Shown piece by piece: positions 1 through 13,542 of a DNA stretch of 64,000 bases. A program made the translations under genes and the position numbers. The stretch is from contig CP075493.1 in assembly GCA_021613535.1 (NCBI GenBank), forward strand, positions 12,524,001 through 12,588,000. The letters run 5' to 3'. Source of the stretch: Adineta vaga (lineage: Eukaryota > Animalia > Rotifera). The first letter of the stretch is position 1. Each line of letters begins with the position of its first letter. The notes under the pieces are model-generated. The model searched no databases. It had not been told where the DNA came from and saw only the letters and a list, made by a program, of their open reading frames with translations.

Positions 1-1328
1 TGTTCGTATCTCATATACATCCTTCATGCATCTTTAATCTTTCTCTTCCTATAAAACATATATCCGCCTTTTCTTTACTTTTCTTCTTATACACCTATGT
101 TACATTACGCCCTAACTGATCATCAATGAAAACAGACATCCTTTTTATTTTATAATTGTATTGTTGCAAATATATTTATCATAGTCTTATTTCTTTTTCA
201 TTATCTTTCCCTTTTCATGTTCTTTCGTTGGTCATGTTGGAGAAGCATACAAACATATGCTTTCCCTGAAACAATGCGAAATGTGATATGAAAATTTTAA
301 AAAAAGAGGTGAAGTTCTATTAACGTTAAAGTTTCTTCTACATAAATTCATCATAATTATTTTATTGTTGTTGTGTTTCTTTTCAAATGAAATTCATCGG
401 TATCGTTACTTGTGTTGAAAAAAGTCTTTGTATCACTATGGTTTTCATACAAAAATATCTTATAAATAAGAATATTACGGAGTCAAATAGAAATATTTCC
501 TTATTAATATAGCATATATAAATTCATGGTTTTCTAGTTATTACTCATGTGTATGCTGTCAGTGGCGATAAATATATAACCTTTCATGGTAATATCAGAG
601 TATTGTCATTTCTTTCTCTTTTTCTTCTCATATAAACTTAGGTTCTATTGTGAGACAGCTCAATTAACAACTATACAGTAGACGAAGCATTCTGTAGCCT
701 GTACAAAAATTGATTGAATGAATACGAGTCTGTTGTTCATATGAACAAAACATAATCCAACGATTCAATAGTGCACCGAAGAAGAGGAAAAAACGAACAG
801 GCGCTTGATGTACAACTCTATTGATATGTTGTGCAAGCGTTATAGGTATGATATTATTGCTACATCTACTCTCCTCACCGGCTCATCTTTCGTCACGACA
901 AAGAAATTTACTGTAGAATTATCTCAGCTGAACAAGTTACTCATTTTGCTTTTACTTCTTTTTTTACATGAAGCTTATGTTCTTCAATAAGTAATATAAA
1001 GTTGTTCATTCAACAATTTTCCAAGTCGAAATTTTTCCTTTCAAACTTATTTCTATTTTGTTTTCGATACATAAGTTTTAATAAATCGAGCTTAGAAAGT
1101 ATTTTGATGAAATGCAATTTAAAAGAATGTGACTTCTCATAACCCAGTGCGTTCTAATTCATATAGTCGATAATCATTGAAGAGGATTTCAACTTCTGCA
1201 GATAAAAGATTAGAAATATCTTAAGAAAATCACGACAAAAATAGCAATGACTAACATAGAATAACAAGTCATTATATGTATCTGCGTACATACAGATAGT
1301 TTAGATTAAAATTTTAATCAAGAGAAAC

Positions 1329-1400
1329 CAGGGGCGTCCCGAGGGTGGGGGGCGCGTGGGGCGTAACGCCCCCTGCTTTTGACACCTCGGGACACCCCTG
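1329..1400. mobile_element. 72-bp hAT-like MITE with 16-bp TIRs and 8-bp TSD
   Basis: GC-rich island. CAGGGGCGTCCCGAGG (1329-1344) and CCTCGGGACACCCCTG (1385-1400) are inverted repeats (15/16). Perfect direct repeat AGAGAAAC at 1321-1328 and 1401-1408. CAGGG termini plus an 8-bp TSD are typical of hAT. Confidence 0.85.
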
Positions 1401-1877
1401 AGAGAAACTAATGTTTTTCATAAAAGAAACGAGAAAGTACTTGTATCTAAATAGAGACAAGCATCCCAATGCTTCTTTACAGGAATACTATAAAATAAGA
1501 AATCACCCGCTGAGATAGAATTTTCAAAATTCATTCAAAGTCATATAATCCACATCCTTGAGATTTTATAGAGACGATTTGTTCTACACCTGAAATATCT
1601 TCTCCCTTTGTCGTTGTGTTTGTCAGTACTTTCTTCCCACCTTCTCTTTTTCACAACTATGATTTCTATAATAAGTCAGCTCTATTTTAATCCAGTTTGT
1701 CTTGTAATTGAATTTGTTTTCAAAAAGATGACAAGCAACAAGAAATGAATTAGATTTATGCGCTTGACAGCCGACAGTGATTATTAAATATCATTCTGGA
1801 CAAAAAAATATTGTGAAGGAAGTAAGAATTGTTTATCAATTGCTCGAAAGTATTTCTATCTTCTCATTCATTTCCAA

Positions 1878-2816
1878 ATGGACTACATTCAAACATTACT
1901 ATCAGTACAGACATATTTATACAGAATAGGTGGTGCAATTATAATGGTTGCTGGATGTCTAGGTTGTATACTCAGTTTAATGATCTTTTCAAAGAAGAAT
2001 CTTCGCAAAAATCCATGTTCATTCTATTTTATTGCATACAATTTTGCCAATCTTTGTCAACTCACTCTGTTACATATGCAGGGAATGTTAGCATACGGTT
2101 ACAATATCGATATTTCAACATTCAACGACAGTTTCTGTCGTATCGATTGTTATCTAGGATATGTATTGGATATTCTCAGTCCATTCTATCTGATTTTAGC
2201 CTCCATCGATCGAATGGTAGTCACTTCACGAGATGCACGTATACGCCGTCATAGTACTCATCAACTTGCCTATAAATGCATTATTGGTGGCTCAATAGTT
2301 TGGATGTTAATCCACTCTCATACATTAATCTTCTTCAAAGTGATCGAGATCATCCCAAGCTATTTGGTATGTTATTCCGATTCGGATATATATTTAGCAT
2401 TTATAAATTACTATGCATTAGTGAAAACTATCTTAATACCAATAGTGATGCTGATTTGTGAAGTATTTACAATAAAACATATTCGATCAACACATCGTGC
2501 GACAGTTGTTCCTGCATCAACAGCAATTGGTAGTGCTGTCAATCCTACACGTTCGAAAGATCGTCAACTAATTGGAATTGTATTGATCAATGCCAGTGTT
2601 TACATCATTTTTACTTTGGTTCCTGTCAGCGTTGCTATCTACAAACAAATCACTCAGTATCAAAACAAAAGTTTCGTAGAAAGTCAAGTGGATTCATTTT
2701 TGACAAGTATAAGCTCTTTTATTTATTTTATACCAATTTCAGTTAGTTTTTACATTAATTTAATTGTATCGAAAACCTTTCGAAATGAAATGAAAAATAT
2801 ACTTTTGTGCAATTAG
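1878..2816 (+). CDS. Intronless rhodopsin-like 7TM GPCR (orphan)
   Basis: 312 aa with seven hydrophobic segments; LRKNPCSFYF in ICL1, FCR in ECL1, LASIDR (DRY-like), FYINLIVSKTFR helix-8 end. Confidence 0.85.
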   Translation: MDYIQTLLSVQTYLYRIGGAIIMVAGCLGCILSLMIFSKKNLRKNPCSFYFIAYNFANLCQLTLLHMQGMLAYGYNIDISTFNDSFCRIDCYLGYVLDILSPFYLILASIDRMVVTSRDARIRRHSTHQLAYKCIIGGSIVWMLIHSHTLIFFKVIEIIPSYLVCYSDSDIYLAFINYYALVKTILIPIVMLICEVFTIKHIRSTHRATVVPASTAIGSAVNPTRSKDRQLIGIVLINASVYIIFTLVPVSVAIYKQITQYQNKSFVESQVDSFLTSISSFIYFIPISVSFYINLIVSKTFRNEMKNILLCN

Positions 2817-3117
2817 ACTATTCCATATTCAAGAGAACATTATAATCAGTCCAATATTGTGACCTCTCCTTGCTTGCTTTTGTCATCAAAGTTTCAATAA
2901 AAACTGCCAATATAATTATTCTGCCTTTTTTCTTACTTGTTCTTATAATAAATGGAATATAAGCAATACAAGAATATCAGTCTTAGATAAAAATTGATTC
3001 TCTTTCAAATAAGTATTTTAGGGAAATAATATAATGAAAATACGCAACTGTAACTTAAATTTACATGAAAGCAATACAAAAAATATCACATTTATGTCTT
3101 GTTGGTTTTCAAGATGA

Positions 3118-6100
3118 TTATTGATTAACATAAATGAAGCGTTGAATTTTCGGTGGGAATTTTCGTCTTTTTGTTCGTTGATTCCATCTTCTTCTTCGTC
3201 TTTGTATTCTTTCTAATTGATCGCTTGCTGGATCAATACCAAAACAGTATTTCAATGTATCCATCACAACAAGAAATAAGCAAACACATCCAACCATAAA
3301 ATAGCATAGATAACCAAATGATTTTGTTGTGATTTCATGTGCAACTAAACTTCGTGAAGCAATTTCACAATGATTACCAGAATAACTTGTACTCAAACAT
3401 TCACATTTATAGTCACCCACTAATGGTCGACATACACCATGGTTGGCACATGTGACATTTTCACAGTGATTTACTTTTCTTTCACAATGATCCCCAGTCC
3501 ATCCTGATTGACATACACATTCAAATGTGGTATTCGATGTTTCATTACAATGACCTAAACAAAGAAAAAACAATATTTTCTTCTTCTACTTCTAGAAATC
3601 ATAGTGTGTATGTCTATGAAAATACGATACCATTATTCCAACATGAATTTGACTGACATGGCCGATGATCATATTCACATGTTGAACCATTGAAACCTTG
3701 TAAACATAAACAAGAATAAGTATTCATGATGGTATTGTTATCGACACAAGTGCCATTATTTTGACAAGGTTTCATCATTTGACAAGGTGTTGCTGAGATG
3801 TTACATGTGAGACCAATTGTATGTTGTCCACAAACTGGTACAGTCATGATTGATGAAGGTGGATGACCTGAGACAATAGAGAAAATATATATTAAAGAGA
3901 GGAGAAAGAGGTATTAGATAGGTGAACCTGTAGTTAATTGATTCGTTGATGATATCATAGTCGAACTATGTTGTGTTGTTATTGTTGTTTCTATAGAGAA
4001 GATAAAAGTGAGATACAATTTGAAGTGACAATGAAGAGAGAGATGGAATACCTGTTTGATAAAGTAGACTGGTTCCTTTTGATGAGAGTGTTGATTGTAC
4101 GAGAAGCGATGTATGCTCGACTACATAGGTTAACTTACGGTATGGTAAAAAGCGATGAGAATTTACCTTTGATGACGGACGTGGAGAATGATTGTTGTGT
4201 TGTAGACTGATCTAAAGAAAAACATTTGACGATTCTCAAACTATTTCGTTTTTCAAAAGCTCTGCTATATTTACCACATAAGCGTGTTGATAACAGAAAT
4301 TTTTGAATACGACTATTATTTTGATCAACAGCATATATATTTCCGCGCGCATCAAAAGCCATACTCCATGGAAATAATAATTCCTTTGAAGCTGAATTAC
4401 TTCCATTACATCCAATAATACATTGTAAAGTGTTTTGTGTCGATCTAACAATGCGATGATTATTACTATCGACTATATACAAATACTTGTTGCCATCTAG
4501 CACAACACTACTCGGACCATTTAATAATGGACTACTTGCTCTCGCTGTGCCATTGGTGTTCCCTGATTGAAAAACTAAAACTCGATCGTTTCCATAATCT
4601 GCAACGTATAAATCAAAGTTGTCATCAACAAAGATTCCAGCAGGATTCGAGAGTCTATCCAATGTCGAATCAGCAGTGCCATTTCCAGCAACAATCGCCG
4701 ATATATCTACACGAGGATCATCTAACCATCGTTTTATGACTTTATGAAGTGAATGGACGGAGCAGTACAGTGAATTACTGATATCAACAAAGAGACCGTA
4801 ACAGGATGAATTAACATACATGACCGGAATGCTAATATTTGTATCTACCTTCCATTGATCGACAGTGCCATTCGCATCACCATTATCAACCAAAATATCA
4901 CCATTAATGGCAACATAAACAGATGCTGGAATAGTGATGTTGTTCAATATTTCTTTTCTTATGTTCATAGAACCGTTCAGCGAAATTTGTATTTTGCTTG
5001 TTTGTCCATGAAAAATATAGATTGAATTATTTTTCGTAATAAACATTGCGACAGGTTTGCTATCAGTCGTAGTTATATTCATAAATGTTGTTGTATTCTC
5101 ATCCCAAGTTGCGAATGAACAAAACCTCAGTTGGTTGTATGATGTCGCTACAAAATAGAAAAACAGAAGTAGACGTGCATCGTTTGAAGATTCTGATAAA
5201 AGAAGCGTTTACCTTTTGTATTATTCAACAGGAGAAACTTTTCAACTAAACTACTATTCCGATCAGTAACATAAATGTTTCCACGAACATCAAAAGCCAT
5301 ACTCCAAGGATATGATAATACACTTGAACCTGAACTAATTTCATAACAACCAATAATGCATCGAAATTCGTTTTGAGTCGATCTGATAACTCGATGATTA
5401 TTACTGTCGACTATATACAAATATTTGTTGCCATCTAACACAACACTACTTGGACCATTTAATAATGGACTACTTGCTCTCGTTGTGCCATTGATGTTCC
5501 CTGATTGAAAAACTAAAACTCGATCGTTTCCATAATCTGCAACGTACAATTCAAAGTTGTCATCAACAAAGATTCCAGCAGGATTCGAGAGTCTGTCCAA
5601 TGTCGAATCAGCAGTGCCATTTCCAGCAACAATTGCCGATATATCTACACGAGGATCATCTAACCATCGTTTTATGACTTTATGAAGCGAATGGACGGAA
5701 CAGTACAGTGAATTACTGATATCAACAAAGAGACCATAACAGGATGAATTAACATACATGACCGGAATGCTAGTATTTGTATGTACCGTCCATTGATCGA
5801 CAGTGCCATTCGCATCACCATTATCAACCAAAATGTCATCGTTTAAAGTAATAAATATAGAGGTTGGATGGATCAGACTATTGTATGTTATGCTCTGTGC
5901 ATGAATAGATTTATTAAACCAGATTTGTAGTAGACTATTGTTACGATCAACGGCATAGACGGAGTCAACTTGATCCAAAAAAATACCATAAAGTTCGCTA
6001 CTGCCTGTATCATTAATTCTGAAACTAACTTGTGTCGGATTCCAAGTAGCTAATGAATTCAAGTTTGGTTCATTATATGAGATATCTAAACAATAACAGT

Positions 6101-8190
6101 GAAAAACTGAATGTGACGTTACAACTGATTCTTTTGAGACTTACTCATTGTATTATTTAACAGGAAAAACTTTTCGACTGAACTACTATTCCGAGCAGTA
6201 ACGTATATATTTCCACGAATATCAAAAGCCATACTCCAAGGATATGATAATACACTTGAACCTGAACTAATTTCATAACAACCAATAATGCATCGAAATT
6301 CGTTTTGAGTCGATCTGATAACTCGATGATTATTACTGTCGACTATATACAAATATTTGTTGCCATCTAACACAACACTACTTGGACCATTTAATAATGG
6401 ACTACTTGCTCTCGTTGTGCCATTGATGTTCCCTGATTGAAAAACTAAAACTCGATCGTTTCCATAATCTGCAACGTACAATTCAAAGTTGTCATCAACA
6501 AAGATTCCAGCAGGATTCGAGAGTCTGTCCAATGTCGAATCAGCAGTGCCATTTCCAGCAACAATTGCCGATATATCTACATCAAGATCATCTAACCATC
6601 GTTTTATGACTTTATGAAGTGAATAGATGGAACAGTACAATGTATTAGTGATATCAACAAAGAGGCCATAACAGGATGAATTAATATACATGACCGGAAT
6701 GCTAATATTTGTATGTACCGTCCATTGATCGACAGTGCCGTTCGCATCACCATTATCAACCAAAATATCACCATTGATGGCGATATAGATGGCTGCTGGG
6801 TTTGTAAAATTCTCGAATACGGTTTTTGTCGCATTAGGGTTTTCTTCAAACCACACTTCAATCTTAGCATTTGCTCGATCAGCAACATAGATCGAACTAT
6901 TTTTAGTTACGAAAATATTGAGAATATTTGTACCAACTGTATTATCCGTCTTGAAAGTGATTCTATTAAAATTCCAAGTAGCTAACTTATCGAAGTTTGG
7001 CTGATTGTGCGAGATGCCTAAATGATTACAGTGAAGAGTTATTTTCGAAGTTGAAAGAATCTTTTAGAATTTACCCATAGTATTATTTAGTAACAAAAAT
7101 TTTCTGATTTGATTTTTATGTCGATCAACAACATATATATTTCCACGAGCATCAAAAGCCATACTCCAAGGACATGATAATACACTTGAACCTGAACTAA
7201 TTTCATAACAACCAATAATGCATCGAAATCCGTTTTGAGTCGATCTAACAATGCGATGATTATTACTGTCGACTATATACAAATATTTGTTGCCATCTAA
7301 CACAACACTACTTGGACCATTTAATAATGGACTACTTGCTCTCGTTGTGCCATTGATGTTCCCTGATTGAAAAACTAACACTCGATCGTTTCCATAATCT
7401 GCAACGTACAATTCAAAGTTGTCATCAACAAAGATTCCAGCAGGATTCGAGAGTCTGTCCGATGTCGAATCAGCAGTACCATTTCCAGCAACTGTTGTCA
7501 ATGTCGTTGTATTAATACTATCTCTTAACGATCGCTTTACGACTTTATGAAGTGAATAGATGGAACAATACAATGTATTAGTGATATCAACAAAGAGACC
7601 GTAACAGGATGAATTAACATACATGACAGGAATGCTAATATTTGTATGTACCATCCATTGATAGACAGTACCATTTGCATCACCATTATCAACGAAAATA
7701 TCGCCATTGTTAGCAACAAATATAGCTGTTGAGTTCGTGAAATTGTGGGCGATGATGTCAATAAAATTCAGATTGTGGTCAGGCCACACTCGAATTCGAT
7801 TATTTCTTCGATCGACGATATAGACAGAATCATTTCTAGTAATAAACATGCTGTAGGATTCTGTAGCAATTGTTTCATTCGTTGGAAAAGTGGCTGGAAT
7901 AGTATCCCAAGTAGATGATACAGTAAAGTTTGGTCGATTAAAAGAAATAACTAAATAAAAGAAATATTTTATTATATTCAAAGAACCAAAGACAGTACTT
8001 TCTGAAGTACTGATCGTTGAAGTAGTTGTTTGTTCTGTTGTCTCTTCCGTAGTGATTGTTGCAACTAAAAAAATGAAAACTATACTAGTACAGCTCAACG
8101 AAAGTTTTTTTTAGATCATTCACTTGAAATGTCTGCTATGCTAAACAAAATCAGCCATACTATGCAGTCATAAATTGACATCATCATCAT
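3118..8190 (-). CDS. Multi-exon type I membrane protein: signal peptide, Thr-rich stalk, four tandem NHL beta-propellers, Ser/Thr linker, EGF repeats, TM, basic cytoplasmic tail
   Basis: ATG at 8190 (MMMMSIYDCIVWLILFSIADIS). The four NHL exons (ORFs 7064-8098, 6119-6856, 5148-6062, 4135-5082) join in frame through phase-1 GT-AG introns. NHL motifs LSNPAGIFVD..LYVADYGNDRV. EGF exons at 3614-3847 and 3118-3573. TM GYLCYFMVGCVCLFLVVM. Confidence 0.8.
4300..7720 (-). repeat. Four tandem ~1-kb near-identical NHL exon copies
   Basis: Long nucleotide-identical stretches between copies, e.g. ~5290-5650 vs ~6220-6580 and ~7140-7490. Confidence 0.9.
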
Positions 8191-9115
8191 CAATTGAAGT
8201 TTTCATATATGATTCTATATAAAATGATAAGAGTCAATACTCACGAGAAAAAACGTTGTTTGTCTTACGTAGGTGTATACATTTTCGTGTCTTAACTTTA
8301 ATTTTTCTTATTTGACTTCCTTGTTCATTTTGAAACAGTTTTTAAGAAATGTGTTAAAAAATAATCATTAGCAAACAATTTATTTTCTTCTCGGGTGTTA
8401 AGAAAAAGATTTTGTCGATATAAATTGGTCCGAAAAAGAGTGAATAAGAAAAACAAATATTGGACAGAAATCTATTTGAACATTATGGTAAGTCATGAAT
8501 AGCTGTTTTTGATGAAAACTATTGATGTTAGCAACGATAGTATTGTTTGATTTGTTTGCATGAACTTTTTTCTTATTCTTTAGTAATGGTAAACATAGAT
8601 AGAAATAGATACATTTGAATAAAACTGAATTGATTTTTTTATTGGACAAAAGTAAATATATATTCCCGTTGAAAAGTAATAAAAAAAACCATTAATTTCA
8701 TTGTTTTCAGAGAATATTTCCCATTCCGCGACGCTGAACATTGCGGAATCAGTCTCTAGCCATTCACAGGAACTCCAATACTTTCCGGAATTCGAATCCC
8801 AATCGAATTCCATTTAATTCTGTATCGGAATTGCTCGTTTATATATCGATCGATCTTCGAACAGAATACAATACATAAATTATTTCACGACTATATAGTC
8901 TGAATCTATTGAAGTAAATAATGAAAATCTTAGCAAAATTAAGTGCATAGATAGAAACATGAGATGCTAATCATTTTAGTAGCTAAAAATGAAGAATAAC
9001 ATAATTCCAGAAAAAAGCAAAATGTTAGTGAAGTGTGATTAAAATAAAAATAATGTGTCTGTTTTAGTCTATAATGTCTTGCTGATGATTTTGATTTTGT
9101 CAGAATATTATTATT

Positions 9116-10100
9116 TTAACCAGTAACGCTTTTTATCCAATCTTCGTATGATGCTACACGTGTGAACACGTTAGGTGTCGCACCACTTCCCGACGTTTTA
9201 CAATCACGTAGAAAACTAGTTATGCCTGATACAACATATTGATTTTGATATTTAGATAGAAGAGGCCCACCAAGGTCACCTGAACATACGGAACTACTAT
9301 TGACCACCAACGTTCACAGTCACAAACGACTTTCGTATAAGATTGTTGAAGAACGTTATTAAGTACGCCATTGTTGGGAATCGCTTTCGGTAGTTGAAAC
9401 TTTATTATGCATACCAGCAATTAATGTACCATCCGATGGATTAATTGTTCCAATACATTGAGCAGAAGTAATTGCATAATCCTTGTTGATCAAAGTTGCA
9501 TCACACAGATAACAGAGAACACTAGTTCCTTGAATTCTTTTCTCTTGGTAATAGAGCATCTGTATCAAACATAGATTAAACTAGTTTGTACATCATTTCA
9601 ATACTTATCCAAGGCCAAGAGTTAGCAATAGCATCTGTTCCACTAAAGATTCGTCTGATTATTTTAGCTCATGGTTTAATACTTTGTATGCCACACACAC
9701 GTAGTACTAGTCATAGTTGACGTTGGTGGTAACGTGATTTCATTTGCTGAACAATTGTAGAATTGTCGAATTTCTTGAATATCAATATAGCACTCATACC
9801 GGGACGGTTTCCAATCTTAACGTTAGGTTGAAGTGGTTCGATTGTTGGTAAACCATTAACAGAAAATTGATTCACTGCATAGTGCATCACAGACTGGTAA
9901 TCATAGGAAATATTTTGAGTATCAACTTGAGTACTATTATACTTGTCAACGTTAAATAGCATTACTATGAATAAGAAATAACGTTCAATAAAACGATGTA
10001 CATAGCATAACAAATGCTTACATGGATCAGTATTAGCTGTATTGACTCGAACATAGAAATCTTGATCAGGAACTTCTATTCTCTCCTTGACATCAAGTAA
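9116..10100 (-). pseudogene. Degraded astacin metalloprotease + trypsin-like serine protease fusion
   Basis: Astacin Met-turn YDYQSVMHY..NGLPTI, then CGIQSIKP*..RRIFSGTDAIANSWPW, AITSAQC (TAAHC equivalent), CSGDLGGPL (GDSGGP equivalent), PNVFTRVASYEDWI. Frameshifts, an in-frame stop and missing segments. Confidence 0.75.
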
Positions 10101-10264
10101 AACTTCATAGAAATCTGATTGTTTTTATTTATTTCTAGAAAGATCTTGATCTGATAACACGCAGACGGACAACTATGTTTTATTGAAGCGAGATGAATGG
10201 TTAGTTACATTGAAAATGCACAGAATACGTTTTACAAATATTGAAGAAACGAAAACTTCTGAAA

Positions 10265-11336
10265 TCATTTCTCTCCAGGTTTATTTAATGTAGCAGGAAT
10301 AGTCCATTGAGTTATAAAACGTTTTGCTATGTCTCGTTGTCGACGCAATACAGAATAAATTCGATTGTATTGACTAACTGACAAGAGATCTTGAATTTCT
10401 GTAATCCAACTATCAATTTGTTCATTGGTAATAGCTGCAAAATGTTCTAATGTTTTACTGATTAAAGGTCGATCTTCTATCGGTAATTTATTAAGATATT
10501 CTTCAAACTGTTTTGACTTGTGTACTGGATCAAATTTCACGATAGATAGATGATTACTATGAAATTTCGATGCCATAGTACTAATACCACTAACTTTGCC
10601 CATACCAAAACTACTTGCATGATCAATGAAATGTATTTTACCTTTAATTTCATCATCATTTTCATCATTAATGTCAACTGTTTCTGGTATTGTTATTAGA
10701 ATATTATCTTGATTACGATCGACATTTTGTATAATATGATCAAATATATCCATTTCTTCCATAATTGCATTTTTCGATAGTATATCTCGTTTTTTCTTTG
10801 GTAAATCTTTGAATGTAACAGTTTTTTCATTTTCTTCTTCAGCATCAGCATGTAAAGTTGCTAATTTATTCTCATAAATGGCAATTTGTACTTCATTGAC
10901 AGGTAAGGCAAGTTCTTTACCTAAAACATACGCTAACCATTCATTAGCAGCACATAATGGTAATTCTTGAAGTTTAATTAAAATTCGTCGACCTTGAGGA
11001 TCACGTATCCATAGAGATGAACTGCTATAACCTTGATCAGAATTTTCTCCTTCTAATTTCCAATCCGATGTAATTTCCGTGAATGTTGGTTTGATAGAAC
11101 GATTTGTCGTTTGTTGTACCTTTGCTATTTGATTTTGTTTGACTAATCCTTTCTTCACTGCTTCTAAAACATAGTCACTTATATGTGTTCCTTTTGCACA
11201 CAAGTCGACCGTTTTCAATAAACCTTGAACCATGGCTTTGAAAGGACCTCGTAACCAACGAACGATATTATTTGAGAAACGTACTTTGTGATTAATCTGT
11301 AATTCTGCATTGGAATCGAGATATACGACCACTTTG

Positions 11337-11374
<38 letters not shown>

Positions 11375-11947
11375 TTCATCTTCTTGCTTTTGTTCTGAAG
11401 ATATTTTATTCTTTGGCTCAACGGATATATTTTGATCGGCTTTTAAATCTGAATTCGATGAGTTTGATCGCCCAATAACTAACTGAGACAATATGAAAGG
11501 ATCACTTTTATTATTTACAATTAATTTAACAGGATAATTTTCCTCCTTCACTTCATTGTCCAATGACGCATCTGATATTCGGTTTTGATTTTCATTACTT
11601 AACTCTTCTAATTTCATTTGTAAATCTTGAATATCTTGTTTCAATCGTTCAATATCATTTTCCAAATAATCAATTTGCTGAAATGTCGATTGTTTCTCCT
11701 CCTCAATTAGATTTTTGAATTGTTGTTGTAGAATATTTGCTGTTTCTTCAACTTGATTTAATTTCAAACTATACTCATAGATTGGATTGATTAGATCTAA
11801 TAAAGCATCTGTTGTTATTTCTGATGCTAATAATTGCCATTTTTCTTTTATTGAATCTAATGTATACATGATATATTTGAAATGTTTCTTAAGTTTTTCT
11901 TGACGTTCGACATTAGGTTTCGACGCAGTATTATTTGATGAAGTCAT
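10265..11947 (-). CDS. Coiled-coil + acidic linker + HipA-like/PI3-PI4-kinase-like atypical kinase
   Basis: Probable start MTSSNN at 11947, downstream of an intron acceptor. Heptad-rich N-terminus, poly-Asp, kinase motifs ILIK, AANEWLAY, FDHIIQNVDRNQDNILI, FIDHASSFG. Confidence 0.75.
11337..11394. repeat. (TCA)n microsatellite encoding a poly-Asp tract
   Basis: tcatcatca... run; reads EDEDDDDDDDDDDDD in the minus-strand kinase ORF. Confidence 0.95.
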
Positions 11948-13542
11948 TTTTGCAAATAAATCTACAAAAAAAGAATTCAAATGAAGTAAATAATGAAGAG
12001 ACATCGTATGTACGACACGACATGATATTGAATTGTAACATTTTAAACAAGGATGTATTGACCTTCGTATATGATAAGTCTGTCGACATACTGAGCTTCT
12101 TATATTCAAACTACAACTTTGTAAGCAGATAAAACATTAAAATATCCGCATTTTAATAGCTAAATAACAATCTTTTTTGAAAGAAAATGAACTATAAATC
12201 TTTATTTCTTATTCAAACTCACTTTATCATCTTATCTGAAATATATAGATACTACAACGAGTACACCTATAAAAATAAAATATTGTAAAAGTTGTAGTCA
12301 TACGACCTGTTTACCATTATTTTTTGTTACAATACATAACATTGTACGACTCCGTGCTTAATACTTGCAAATATAAAAGTGTTTATTAGTTTTAGTTGAA
12401 GGTGAGAAGACATAGTGAAGGTAAAAATGTGTCGACAAAAGAAAAGGATAAAAGTTATAAGATTGGCTGAAAGAACATCCATCGATATAAATAGCGCTGT
12501 CATAAAGAAATGTAAACTACATAACACAAGATAATAGTGGCATCTTACGATAATATATCGTAATTATGCGCTTTTCTTTCTATCATTGGTTATTATCATT
12601 TATATTTGTCACCTAGTAACCCTTTTCTTTTCCTTTCTGTTACTTTCTCGAACGCTCACCTATACTTATCATCAGTTGAACTGTATCTATAAACAACAAA
12701 TTTGTTTAGGTCCTGAATCGTATGGAAGCAAATAAGTTAATTATTGTTAATAAAAAGAAAGAAAAAAAAAACTTTACGTTCACATTATTATCAAATTATA
12801 ATGATACTGCGATGTAAAAAAAAGAGAAGAGTAATCTTATTAACTACGATTGTTTGCAATCGATTGATAATCACAGTAGAGAAATGTTTTCGACGAAGAT
12901 ATAAAAATAATTTTTTTCCTATAATCATATCTTTCTACTCTGAAACTTTTCACTAAATAATTCATTTCTAAAAATTGTAGTAGAAAAAGTTTTTCAATAC
13001 AACTCAAATCTAGTTAAAGCTTGAATGATGAATTTTTATGTAAAGCATTTATGTACTTCCAACAGAGATACAATTTCTGATCATATTCGTTTCAACATAT
13101 CAATTAATATGAGAAGATCCTTGTTTCATATGTTTGAAGGAATATAATGAATGTTTATTTCTTAATTTCTCTTTACCGTTACTTTGATGTTAAGAAAAAT
13201 ACATTGATTTCTTAGGATTTACTATTTGTTAAATTACTCACGACATGTGCGACAAAAAAGAAAAAGGAGCATTTACAATGGCTCGTATTACAGAATTATA
13301 AAGATAAGAAGGGAAAGAATCAGAAATATGACACTGAAAATATTTTCTTTTCTTCTTCTTATTATATATTGTAGAGAACCAAGCCAAACGACAACATTAG
13401 TAAAGCGTACACCATTAGCAATTCACACTCTTGGCGAAAATAAATTTCAACGAAAGCAGTAAGGCTTCTAAGTTTGATCAATTATACGTTTGAATAATAG
13501 TTCACGTACTGCATTAACTGTTAAGACAATTGCTTTCAGAAA

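Noticed and set aside
1829-2461. ORFs overlapping the GPCR; similar short antisense or off-frame ORFs across the window
   Set aside because: Shadow frames of well-supported genes or AT-rich non-coding sequence, with no recognisable motifs.
11215-11421. ORF with a poly-Met run
   Set aside because: Alternative-frame reading of the poly-Asp microsatellite inside the kinase gene.
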